Source: Candidatus Woesearchaeota archaeon
GTDB lineage: Archaea; Nanobdellota; Nanobdellia; SCGC-AAA011-G17; JACPNG01
DNA: 26,202 nt
Reading direction: 5' to 3'
Assembly (NCBI GenBank): GCA_016185555.1
Contig: JACPNI010000066.1
Coordinates: 1 to 26,202, forward strand
Part shown: positions 8,774-17,289 of the stretch, piece after piece
Layout: every line of letters begins with the position of its first letter
Position numbering within the stretch: position 1 is the stretch's first letter
Notes under the pieces: generated by a model
What the model was told of the DNA's origin: nothing
Database searches by the model: none
The model's input: only the letters and a program-made list of their open reading frames with translations
Position numbers and translations under genes: made by a program

Positions 8774-9689
8774 TTTTTCTTTCCTCTTTCTTAACAGAAT
8801 TCCAGATTTTTAATGCATCTTCAGGAGTTTCGGCTTTTTTATCGCCAAAAACATGGGGATGCCTTCTTATAATTTTTGCGTAGACTTCACTTAATGAGTC
8901 TTCAATACCAAACAATCCTTCATCCTTTGCTATTCCTGCTATTACCAGTATATTAATCAGCATATCACCCAATTCTTCTTTAAGGTTTGCATAGTCTTTT
9001 TTCGCTATGGCTTCAAGAACTTCTTTTGATTCATCTGCAAACGATTTTGCAATTGTTTCTATAGTCTGGCTTCTATCCCAAGGGCATTTTTTTCTCACTA
9101 CCCCAACGATTTCTTTTAAGTCATCAAAACCTGCTTTTGAGATATAATATTCTGCAAATTTCTTAAATGCTTTTGATCTATGTGAAATTTTGTTTTTTTC
9201 TTCCCTGCTTAGTTTTGATAATGTAACATCATATCCATTTGGGATAAATATCCTTTCATAGGGCATAACATCTTTATCTAAGTCGAAAACTTCATTGCTG
9301 ATGCTTCCCCCAAGAATTCCATCAAATAATAGTGGGCCTTTTTCATGATTGCAGTATCCTACAATAGTCTTAAAATAAGCACCCTTATTTTCATCCTTTA
9401 ACAGTTTTAGGATTCCCCTATAGCCCAGTTTTTTAAATTCCATTTTTGGGTAAGGCCTAGGATAATTGTTATAGGATTCGAAGAATATTCCCGTGTCTTC
9501 AATTACTAGTTCTAATCTTAGATCGTTTGATAATTTGGTAATTGATTCTTTTACGACTTCTTCAACAGTATCTGCTCGTGCTTCATTATACCTTATATTA
9601 AGATGTTCAACTCCAATATTATACTCTTTAAGAATAGCAGATGCTTCTTCTACTTTATGCTTGTTTGATGTTGCAAATATTATTTTCAT
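8766..9689 (-). CDS. Fusion of RdgB/HAM1 non-canonical NTP pyrophosphatase and MazG nucleotide pyrophosphohydrolase
   Basis: N-half FATSNKHK, EDTG, KNKISHR; C-half CPWDRSQT, EELGD, KIIRRHPHVFG. Confidence 0.9.
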   Translation of the reverse strand: MKIIFATSNKHKVEEASAILKEYNIGVEHLNIRYNEARADTVEEVVKESITKLSNDLRLELVIEDTGIFFESYNNYPRPYPKMEFKKLGYRGILKLLKDENKGAYFKTIVGYCNHEKGPLLFDGILGGSISNEVFDLDKDVMPYERIFIPNGYDVTLSKLSREEKNKISHRSKAFKKFAEYYISKAGFDDLKEIVGVVRKKCPWDRSQTIETIAKSFADESKEVLEAIAKKDYANLKEELGDMLINILVIAGIAKDEGLFGIEDSLSEVYAKIIRRHPHVFGDKKAETPEDALKIWNSVKKEERKNE

Positions 9690-9711
9690 CTTTTAAGTGG
9701 ACTCGCCGCGA

Positions 9712-9724
9712 TTTTCTTCAAGGA
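9712..9724 (-). other. 13-nt T-loop intron (59/60) of tRNA-Ala(CGC)
   Basis: TTCA AA|T CCTTGA AGAA AA|T; removal restores TTCAAAT loop; 3 of 4 central pairs. Confidence 0.75.
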
Positions 9725-9764
9725 TTTGAACGCGGTGCCTTTCCCGTGCGAGGGGAATGCTCTA

Positions 9765-9786
9765 TTTTCCATATCTTTTGGATATT
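9765..9786 (-). other. 22-nt D-loop intron of tRNA-Ala(CGC)
   Basis: GTCT GG|A ATATC CAAAA GATAT GGAA AA|T; removal gives D loop AGTCTGGTA. Confidence 0.8.
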
Positions 9787-9847
9787 CCAGACTGAGCTAC
9801 GAGCCCAACAAGTTTTAATCAGAATCGCTCTATAAAAGCTTTTTGAA

Positions 9848-10690
9848 TTATACCTTAAGATTTAACTTTTTCCAATAAACATAACCAAGAACAACTGATA
9901 ATAAAGTAGAAATAACTAAAGATTCTAATAAGAATCTATTATGACCTTTAAAATAGGCATCTGATAAAGCAGGAATCCCAAATATTGCACCAACAGTCCC
10001 CGGGATGGTTACCACGATACTAACAATTGTTAAGAAAGTCATAATTATTGTCAGCTTTGTAATCCTGGCATTTAGTTCTGAGTTACTTTTAATATCGCAT
10101 TTTGTTCTTAGGCTTGCTATCCTATACATATTGCTTCTGCATCTTTCAAGCCAATATTTCGCTTCAGTCGTTAATATGTTATAATCATAATTTATCAATT
10201 TGCTATCAAACTCTGCTAACTTCCTCTCCTCAAGCTTTATTAAAATATCTACAAAATCCTCTATTCTGTCTATTAATTTTCTTAATCTTCTTCCTTCATT
10301 CTCTATCCTATCTATGTTTAAATTTTGCTCTAATTCAGTTAATTCCTTTCTTATACTTTCAAATTCCGATGTGTAATTTGTAAGAACCGCCTCTAAGATT
10401 AGAAATGTTATTGCTGTGCTTTCACCATGTTTTTTATTTAATATGTTGCTAAATTGTCTTAAATTTCCATTGATTACGTCCTTTCCAACATAAACTAAGG
10501 CTTTCTTAGGCGAGAGAACTATGAGGTTATTAGGCTCTTTGTCATAGTCCCTAATGTTAATAATTGTAAATACATCATAGGTCTGCAGAAAATTATAGTC
10601 AAGAAGTGTTAGCTCTTTAAGATTTATCTTTAACCCGGAATCTTTAACTTCCCTGTTAAAGTCATTAAAGTTTGTGAATATTTTATACAT
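9848..10690 (-). CDS. CorA-like divalent cation transporter
   Basis: Helical soluble domain, then ITKLTIIMTFLTIVSIVVTIPGTVGAIFGI and a second TM; GMN motif not canonical. Confidence 0.7.
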   Translation of the reverse strand: MYKIFTNFNDFNREVKDSGLKINLKELTLLDYNFLQTYDVFTIINIRDYDKEPNNLIVLSPKKALVYVGKDVINGNLRQFSNILNKKHGESTAITFLILEAVLTNYTSEFESIRKELTELEQNLNIDRIENEGRRLRKLIDRIEDFVDILIKLEERKLAEFDSKLINYDYNILTTEAKYWLERCRSNMYRIASLRTKCDIKSNSELNARITKLTIIMTFLTIVSIVVTIPGTVGAIFGIPALSDAYFKGHNRFLLESLVISTLLSVVLGYVYWKKLNLKV

Positions 10691-10777
10691 CTATAAGGAA
10701 GAGAATGTGAACTTACTTATATATTTTTATATGAATTAATATGGACTCGGTGGGATTCGAACCCACGGCCTTCCGCA

Positions 10778-10790
10778 TTACGGTTTTTAT
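10778..10790 (-). other. 13-nt canonical-position (37/38) intron of tRNA-Ala(GGC)
   Basis: TCGG CA|A TAAAAA CCGT AA|T; 3 of 4 central pairs. Confidence 0.8.
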
Positions 10791-10808
10791 TGCCGAGCGG
10801 ACGCTCTA

Positions 10809-10824
10809 TTGTCCAAGCTATTTT
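10809..10824 (-). other. 16-nt D-loop intron of tRNA-Ala(GGC)
   Basis: GTCC AG|A AAATAGCTT GGAC AA|T; perfect 4-bp central helix; same site as in tRNA-Ala(CGC). Confidence 0.8.
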
Positions 10825-10868
10825 CTGGACTGAGCTACGAGCCCATTACATTTTCCATTTCAAAAAAC

Positions 10869-10876
10869 TTTATAAA
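10869..10876. promoter_or_regulatory. Palindromic TATA box between divergent tRNA-Ala(GGC) and zpr1
   Basis: TTTATAAA with A-rich flanks, 22 nt before the zpr1 ATG and 24 nt from tRNA base 1. Confidence 0.55.
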
Positions 10877-10898
10877 TTTTCGTAATTTTGATTAAAGG

Positions 10899-11432
10899 AT
10901 GGAAAGACTAGAAAAACAGCCATGCCCAGTATGTGGTAAGAAAGAACTCACATTAATGGAAGATGAAATGGATATCCCTTTTTTTGGTAAGGCTTATGTT
11001 TTTTCAATGAAATGCAGTAGCTGTGATTATGCATTAGCTGATGTTGAGGCTGCAGAACTAAGAGATCCAGCGAAATATACTTTTAAAGTTTCTAACAAAA
11101 AAGACATGGATGTAAGGGTCGTCAAGTCATCTACAGCAATAGTCAAGATACCGGAATTAAGAATGTCTGTTACACCCGGGCAGAGTTCAGATGGGTACGT
11201 TTCTAATGTGGAAGGGGTATTACAAAGATTCAAGAAAGTAGTTGAGGAAGAGAGGGATTCTGCTGAAGAGGAAGATATAAGAAAAAGTGCTAAGAATCTT
11301 CTTAAGAAGATATGGAAGGTTGAATGTGGGGATATCCCAATGACCTTAGTAATAGAAGATCCAAATGGCAATTCTGCAATTATTTCTGATAAAGCAGTTA
11401 TAGAGAAATTGAAAGCCAAAAAATCTAGCTAG
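10899..11432 (+). CDS. zpr1: ZPR1 zinc-finger domain protein
   Basis: CPVCG, IPFFG, CSSC, RVVKS, SNVEGVL, IEDPNGNSAI. Confidence 0.95.
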   Translation: MERLEKQPCPVCGKKELTLMEDEMDIPFFGKAYVFSMKCSSCDYALADVEAAELRDPAKYTFKVSNKKDMDVRVVKSSTAIVKIPELRMSVTPGQSSDGYVSNVEGVLQRFKKVVEEERDSAEEEDIRKSAKNLLKKIWKVECGDIPMTLVIEDPNGNSAIISDKAVIEKLKAKKSS

Positions 11433-11482
11433 TCTGCTGCATAATCCTTAAAAAGCACTCTTTTCACGTATTTAAACATAAA

Positions 11483-11986
11483 ATGAAAACAATAACAGTT
11501 TTTGGCGCGAGTAATGCTACAGCAACAGAACTTTTGGATGCAGAGCTTTTGGGAAGAAAAATCGGTATTAAAGGCTATATCTTGAAGAATGGCGGATACG
11601 GTGGTACTATGAGGGCGTCAGCAAAAGGTTGTTCTGAAGCGGGTGGCAAGGTTATAGGTGTTTGTGTCAAGGGGAATTTTAATGGTAAAGCAACCCCAAA
11701 TAGATACTTAACAGAAGTAATATTTGCAGAGAGTATAAGCGGGAGAGTTGAAAAGCTTCTTGAAACAGATGCAGTGATAACTCTGCCTGGGGCTTTGGGT
11801 ACTTTAGATGAGCTAACAAGCGCCTGGACCAAAAAGTATATGGAAAATAGATATGAACTTTATGTTTATGGGGAAAGGAATTTTCTTCTTTTGGAATTTC
11901 TTAAAGAAAATGGTTTGGTTCAAAAAGAAAATTTCTCATTGATAAAATATGTAAAGCATTTAGATGAGATTGATATAATTAGGTAG
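11483..11986 (+). CDS. LOG/SLOG family Rossmann-fold nucleotide-binding protein
   Basis: NGGYGGTM, AGGKVIGV, LPGALGTLDEL. Confidence 0.9.
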   Translation: MKTITVFGASNATATELLDAELLGRKIGIKGYILKNGGYGGTMRASAKGCSEAGGKVIGVCVKGNFNGKATPNRYLTEVIFAESISGRVEKLLETDAVITLPGALGTLDELTSAWTKKYMENRYELYVYGERNFLLLEFLKENGLVQKENFSLIKYVKHLDEIDIIR

Positions 11987-12029
11987 AGTTAACTTTATAT
12001 ATAAATATGCCTTTGAATTAATTAAAGAG

Positions 12030-14564
12030 GTGATCAAGGTTAAAAAATTACTGTCTTTTTTTGCAATTATTTTTTTAATCCTAGATAGTGTTGCATTTGC
12101 AGAATCTGAATTTTCTAGTAGTTTTAGAGATAGCCGTGAGTTTGAAAATAGAAGAGGTATAGAAGGATCCGGTATGATGGATCGCGATAAGATGCATTCT
12201 TCTACAGAGCAAGAATTCGCTGGTAAATTTTCAGATGAAAAAATGAACAGGAGGGAAATGTTTTCTTATGAATCGAGCGGGATTGGACAACTTCAGTATG
12301 AATATGATGTAGGCCCTTCATATGCTGGTTATTCAAAAGAATATATGATGTTTGGTGAGATATTTAGATACATTAGCGATGATCTTAGCCCTGTTGAAAT
12401 AAAAAATTATTGCAACGATACAAACAAAATTGCAGATGCTCTGATCAAGAAATTAAAGGATAAGGCCGGTAGTATAGAAAGAATGTGTAATCAAATTGAA
12501 GAAAATGAGGCAAAATGTACTGAATTCATGCAAAGGGGGTGTTCAAGAATAGGCACTGCCATTGCTGGGGAAAGCACAAATATCGATAAGGATACATCTG
12601 GTGCCTATATGTGCCCAGTAAACAGAGAATCAATAATAAACGCCTGTGTTAAAAGGAATACAGCTAATGTGGGAAATCAACTACAACATATAACAGAATC
12701 ATGCGAAAAAAGATTTAGTAGTGAAGGTGAAAGATTAACCAGAGAGTGTGAATCATCTAGACAAAGAAATGTTTGTGATAAAGAAAAATTCTTTAGTCAA
12801 TGCATTGGGAGCTCTGGGAATACTGGTGGGAAAATAAGCAAGGGATTTAATTCAGCATCATGGGCATGCTTTGACGGTTTAAGTAGATCACAAAGAGGGA
12901 ATTGCTTGTCTTCAGAGGCATGGGGTGAACTTGCTAAAAAAGAATGTGAAGGGCATTGCTATCCTGATAAGAGTAAATGCGGGGTAAATACTTTTACAAT
13001 ATCTGAAGAATGTGGGGCTTCAACTCCACCAGGGATTCAGCCCAAACCATGTCCACTTTCTCCAGTTCCACAATGCCCCCAGAATCAGGTTTTAAAAACC
13101 ACGACCGACAGTAATGGTTGTACATACTATCATTGTGAAACGACCAACATATGCCCAACAGATGCTAAACAATGTCCAGATGGCAGTTATGTAAATAGAA
13201 TATCACCAAATTGTGAGTTTGCAACATGCAGGAATGTAACATCAGAGTGTCCAGAAGTTTCAAGGCCAACTTGTGGATCAGGTGAAACACTGCAGGCTTC
13301 TTTTGACAATAAAAGATGCATTACAGGTTATCAATGTATAAGACAACAAGCAGTGTGCACTGAGCAGCAAAGACCAACTTGTTCTGAAGGACAGGTTTTA
13401 AAAACCACGACAGATAGTAATGGTTGTACATACTATCATTGTGAAACGACCACAACGCCGACAGTGATTACAAATAATACTCAGAATTTGACGTCTGTAA
13501 CGGGTAGTTCTATATTAGATACTGATGATTTAAGGCAACGCTGCAATAATTTGTGGGAAGAACAACAAAAAATATGCTCCACCATGAACGCTTGTGACAG
13601 AGGAGGTTTTATTGAAAAGTGCAAAGAACAAAGTAAGAAAAACTATGAGGGATTTACCTCTAATCTTGGAAAAAATTGTGAGATTGAAATAAAATTTGCA
13701 GAGCAAAGATGCGAAAGAGTTGGAGAAGATCGGAAGCATTGTCTTGAAGAGAGTGCTAAAAGATGCGAGCAAATGAAAGGGATGTCACAAAGATGCAAGG
13801 AGTTCCTGACTGAAGAAAAACTAAGGGAATTTATTTTAGAAGAAGTAAAGAAGAGATGTAAATTTTCTAATCGATTTAGGGATAAAGAAGAGATTGAGAA
13901 GTCAGGAAAAGTGGAAATAATATTAGCTGTTTTAAATACTGCATCTAAAGAAGATCTTGATAAATTAGGACTTTTTGTTGAAGATCTTCATGATCAAATT
14001 AAGTTGCAAGATACAACAGTCTATAAGGGGACAATAGACCCGAGAAGATTCGGTGATATAAAACTTCTGCCATTTGTTGTAAATGCTAAAATAAGCACTG
14101 TTGAAAGCGCTGAAAGGGCAAAGGAAGTGAAAACCCAGCTTGTAACAGGACAAAAGGCAGAAGAAGCAGCTAGCAGGCTGGTTTCATTACGGGATTCTGA
14201 TGTTCCTGAGAAATATCTTTATATTATAGAAGATAAGGCAAGTGATGTCCTTAATGTTTCGGAAAATCTGGATGAGCTGGAAAAGAAAGAAAGTGAGAAA
14301 GGTATTGGTTATAAGTTCAGATTATTTTTAGGTTTAGCAAAGCAGGCTGAACAAGAAGAAATAAGGCAATTATTGGAGAATAAAGAGAAGCTGGGCAATT
14401 CGATTGAGGTTTTAACAAAATTAAGTGATGAAGTGCCAAATGATGTTGCAAAAGCCGTATTGAAAGAACAGGTTGAAAATTTAAAGAAACAAAAAGAAGA
14501 TATAGAAGTGTTAATTGAAACCAAGGAAAAGAGATCAAAAGGCTTATTTGGAATATTTGGTTAA
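12030..14564 (+). CDS. Large secreted Cys-rich protein with helical C-terminal region
   Basis: Signal peptide ending VAFA; about 40 Cys; CPTDAKQCPDGSYV...PNCEFATC module; three CxxxxxPxC repeats. Confidence 0.8.
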   Translation: MIKVKKLLSFFAIIFLILDSVAFAESEFSSSFRDSREFENRRGIEGSGMMDRDKMHSSTEQEFAGKFSDEKMNRREMFSYESSGIGQLQYEYDVGPSYAGYSKEYMMFGEIFRYISDDLSPVEIKNYCNDTNKIADALIKKLKDKAGSIERMCNQIEENEAKCTEFMQRGCSRIGTAIAGESTNIDKDTSGAYMCPVNRESIINACVKRNTANVGNQLQHITESCEKRFSSEGERLTRECESSRQRNVCDKEKFFSQCIGSSGNTGGKISKGFNSASWACFDGLSRSQRGNCLSSEAWGELAKKECEGHCYPDKSKCGVNTFTISEECGASTPPGIQPKPCPLSPVPQCPQNQVLKTTTDSNGCTYYHCETTNICPTDAKQCPDGSYVNRISPNCEFATCRNVTSECPEVSRPTCGSGETLQASFDNKRCITGYQCIRQQAVCTEQQRPTCSEGQVLKTTTDSNGCTYYHCETTTTPTVITNNTQNLTSVTGSSILDTDDLRQRCNNLWEEQQKICSTMNACDRGGFIEKCKEQSKKNYEGFTSNLGKNCEIEIKFAEQRCERVGEDRKHCLEESAKRCEQMKGMSQRCKEFLTEEKLREFILEEVKKRCKFSNRFRDKEEIEKSGKVEIILAVLNTASKEDLDKLGLFVEDLHDQIKLQDTTVYKGTIDPRRFGDIKLLPFVVNAKISTVESAERAKEVKTQLVTGQKAEEAASRLVSLRDSDVPEKYLYIIEDKASDVLNVSENLDELEKKESEKGIGYKFRLFLGLAKQAEQEEIRQLLENKEKLGNSIEVLTKLSDEVPNDVAKAVLKEQVENLKKQKEDIEVLIETKEKRSKGLFGIFG
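13086..13452 (+). repeat. 61-bp direct repeat (13086..13146 and 13392..13452), 2 mismatches
   Basis: Both copies encode QVLKTTTDSNGCTYYHCETT, 306 nt apart. Confidence 0.95.
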
Positions 14565-14626
14565 GAAAGCTTTTAAATCTATTATTTTCTGAGTTTTTCA
14601 TGAAAACTAAGTTAAGATATACTAAG

Positions 14627-15289
14627 ATGAAAGTCCTGTTTGTTCATGCAAAATCAAAAGCCGATATTTTACCTATTTTGAAGAAGGTTAAGATTAGTGG
14701 CAGAATCGGATTAGTTAGTAATATTCAGCACTTACATAAACTAGAAGAAGCTAAAAAGTTTTTAGGTGAAAAAGCAATAATTGGCGGTCAGATCTTAGGT
14801 TGTGATGTTAGCAAGGCATTAATGATTAAAGATAAAGTAGATTCTTATCTCTATATAGGAACAGGTAAATTCCATCCAATTGGTGTGGCATTTAAAACAG
14901 GCAAGCCAACTTATATTGCTAATCCTTTAACAAATGAATTTTCTCAGGTTTCAGAAGGAGAAGTGGAAGAAATAAGAAAAGAAACAAAAGGTAAATACCT
15001 GAAGTTTTTGCATGCTAAAAAAGTTGGCATCTTAGTTTCAATAAAACCCGGGCAATTCCATCCTAAACAGTACTTAGATCTAAGACAAAAATTAGATATG
15101 GTAGAGACAATAAAGAAAAAATATAATAAAGAAACCTATGTGTTTATTTTCAACACACTAAACTATAATGAATTAAACAATTTTCCAGATATAGGTTGTT
15201 GGGTTAATACAGCATGTCCAAGAATATCATATAAGGGTGTTATAAATGTTTCAGATATAAATCTTCAAGAAGAAAAGTTTAAAAGATAA
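14627..15289 (+). CDS. dph2: Diphthamide biosynthesis protein Dph2, short form (ORF track starts at 14600)
   Basis: GQILGCD, YIGTGKFH, SIKPGQ, NTACPRI. Confidence 0.88.
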   Translation: MKVLFVHAKSKADILPILKKVKISGRIGLVSNIQHLHKLEEAKKFLGEKAIIGGQILGCDVSKALMIKDKVDSYLYIGTGKFHPIGVAFKTGKPTYIANPLTNEFSQVSEGEVEEIRKETKGKYLKFLHAKKVGILVSIKPGQFHPKQYLDLRQKLDMVETIKKKYNKETYVFIFNTLNYNELNNFPDIGCWVNTACPRISYKGVINVSDINLQEEKFKR

Positions 15290-15307
15290 ACTAAATTCCA
15301 AATCTTG

Positions 15308-16822
15308 ATGAAAAACGAGCAATTTTTAAAAGATTTTAATTCTTTTATACAGAGCAAAGGTTTTGTTTATGGCCCCTTTCCTGAAATCTATGGAGGGGTA
15401 GCAGGTTTTTATGCTTATGGGCCTTTGGGCAAGCTGTTAAAGAATAAGGTGGAAAATTCTGTAAGAAGAATTTTCTTTAGCAATGGGTTCAGGGAATTAG
15501 AATGCCCTACTGTTCTGCCGGATATAGTATGGGAAGCATCTGGTCATTTGAATACTTTTAAAGAGAAAATAGTGGAGTGTAGTAAGTGCAAATCCATTTT
15601 TAGGGCAGATAAGCTGATTGAGGAATCTAGTGATGTTGAAACTGCCGTTATGAAAGAAAAAGAGGTGCTTGAGTTTATTAAAAAAAATAAGATAAAATGT
15701 CCGGGTTGCAAAAGTGATTTTAAAGATGAGCTTAAAACTTACAGCTTGATGATGAAGACCGAGGTTGCTGGGAAACCATTTTCATTAAGACCTGAGACAG
15801 CAACAGCAACTTACCTTCCATTTGAAAGATTAAATGAATTTTTCAGGAAGCTGCCTTTCGCTGTTTTTCAGATTGGCAAGGCTTATAGGAATGAAATAAG
15901 CCCAAGACAGCACTTAATAAGATGCAGGGAGTTTACGCAGGCTGAAGCCCAGATGTTTATTGATCCAAAAGAAAAAAATAATTGGGAAAAATATGAAGCA
16001 ATAAAAAATGAGAAATTACCCCTGTATACGAGCCATCATCAGGAAAAACAGTTAAAAGTTGAGAATATCTCTTTGGAATTGGCTATTAAACATAACCATA
16101 TTAAGTCTAAGGCATATGCGTGGTGCCTGTATTTGGCATACAGACAGTTTGTTTCTATGGGTATTCCTGAAGAAAGGATGAGGATAAGGCAGCATTTGCA
16201 GCATGAAAGGGCTTTTTATGCTGATGATGCATGGGATATTGAGGTTAATTTGAACAGCTTTGGATGGACAGAATGCTGTGGCGTGCATGACAGGACCGAT
16301 TATGATTTAAAAAAGCATGCTGAATTTTCTAAAAAAAGTCTGGAAGCAACAAGGGAAAATGGCGAGAAATATATCCCACATATTTTGGAAATTGCTTTTG
16401 GTACTGACAGGCCTGTTTTTGCTTTGATGGACTTATTTTACGAGAAGAAGGATGAGAAAGAGGGAAAGTCAATATTTAAAGTTCCTTATCATATTGCTCC
16501 TGCAGATGTAGCTGTTTTTCCATTAATGAAAAAAGATAAACTTCCCGATTTTGCTGACAAAGTAAAAGCATTATTGGAAAGAGATTTTATTGTTGACTAT
16601 GATGAAACAGGGAGTATAGGAAGACGATATCTGAGGGCTGCTGAAGCAGGAACCCCATATTGCATTACAATTGATTATGGCAGCTTAAAGGATGATGACT
16701 GTACTATTAGAGACCGGGATAGTGAAAAACAAATAAGGATTAAAACAAAAGATCTAAATAATATACTCAAACATCTATTAGCAGGAGAAAACCTATCTAA
16801 GTTTGGAACCTTTATCAACTAG
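15308..16822 (+). CDS. glyS: Glycine-tRNA ligase (alpha2 type)
   Basis: EIYGG, WEASGH, LRPETA, YRNEISPR, REFTQAE, SIGRRY anticodon domain. Confidence 0.97.
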   Translation: MKNEQFLKDFNSFIQSKGFVYGPFPEIYGGVAGFYAYGPLGKLLKNKVENSVRRIFFSNGFRELECPTVLPDIVWEASGHLNTFKEKIVECSKCKSIFRADKLIEESSDVETAVMKEKEVLEFIKKNKIKCPGCKSDFKDELKTYSLMMKTEVAGKPFSLRPETATATYLPFERLNEFFRKLPFAVFQIGKAYRNEISPRQHLIRCREFTQAEAQMFIDPKEKNNWEKYEAIKNEKLPLYTSHHQEKQLKVENISLELAIKHNHIKSKAYAWCLYLAYRQFVSMGIPEERMRIRQHLQHERAFYADDAWDIEVNLNSFGWTECCGVHDRTDYDLKKHAEFSKKSLEATRENGEKYIPHILEIAFGTDRPVFALMDLFYEKKDEKEGKSIFKVPYHIAPADVAVFPLMKKDKLPDFADKVKALLERDFIVDYDETGSIGRRYLRAAEAGTPYCITIDYGSLKDDDCTIRDRDSEKQIRIKTKDLNNILKHLLAGENLSKFGTFIN

Positions 16823-16824
16823 CT

Positions 16825-17187
16825 TTATACTTCTTCTATACCTTTATTAGTTACAGCAATTAATCTTATCCCTAAGCCAAGTTTAAGAAGTGAAGAAAGA
16901 ATTACCATGTGTTCCTTTCCAGATCCGGAGTAAAGATTTAATGCCATCTCTGTTTCACTTGGCCTTATTTTGCTTTTTAACTGGGAATATACTTCATTTT
17001 TAAGTTCCTCTAGCGGTTTATCAATGTCCACAACAATAAAATCAATCTCTTTTTTTGCTGTAAATTTTTCCTTACCGAAAGAATTTGTTACCAAAAATAC
17101 TTTATCCCAGTTTTCTTCATTTATTAACTTACCAACATGACCCCAAGTGTCTTTTCCTGTTGACAAACATGCTATTAAAATTGTCAT
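16825..17187 (-). CDS. Conserved hypothetical protein, CARF-like Rossmann fold
   Basis: ILIACLSTG first strand and ALNLYSGSGKEHM late motif resemble CARF domains. Confidence 0.5.
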   Translation of the reverse strand: MTILIACLSTGKDTWGHVGKLINEENWDKVFLVTNSFGKEKFTAKKEIDFIVVDIDKPLEELKNEVYSQLKSKIRPSETEMALNLYSGSGKEHMVILSSLLKLGLGIRLIAVTNKGIEEV

Positions 17188-17289
17188 TGAGATTCTGTAT
17201 CGGTTGCATTATATATAACTTTTTATTTGAAACAAAGTAGATTTGATAGCATAATAAACCTTATAAATAAATGCTATTATCCAATTCTT

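Larger units (their letters stand above)
9698..9806 (-). tRNA. tRNA-Ala(CGC) with two non-canonical introns
   Basis: GGGCTCG/CGAGTCC-A acceptor with G3.U70; TTCCC-CTCGCAC-GGGAA anticodon arm; 109 nt minus 22 and 13 nt gives 74 nt. Confidence 0.9.
10742..10844 (-). tRNA. tRNA-Ala(GGC) with D-loop and anticodon-loop introns
   Basis: Same G3.U70 acceptor; TCCGC/GCGGA anticodon stem; GTGGG-TTCGAAT-CCCAC T arm; 103 nt minus 16 and 13 nt gives 74 nt. Confidence 0.85.

Noticed and set aside
9791-10845. 17-bp direct repeat (9791..9807, 10829..10845) flanking corA as an integrated element
   Set aside because: The repeat is the shared 5' end of two complete tRNA-Ala genes; no integrase or partial att copy
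15071-15082. Palindrome CTTAGATCTAAG in dph2 as another intron
   Set aside because: Flanks give no central helix or bulge geometry, and the reading frame is intact
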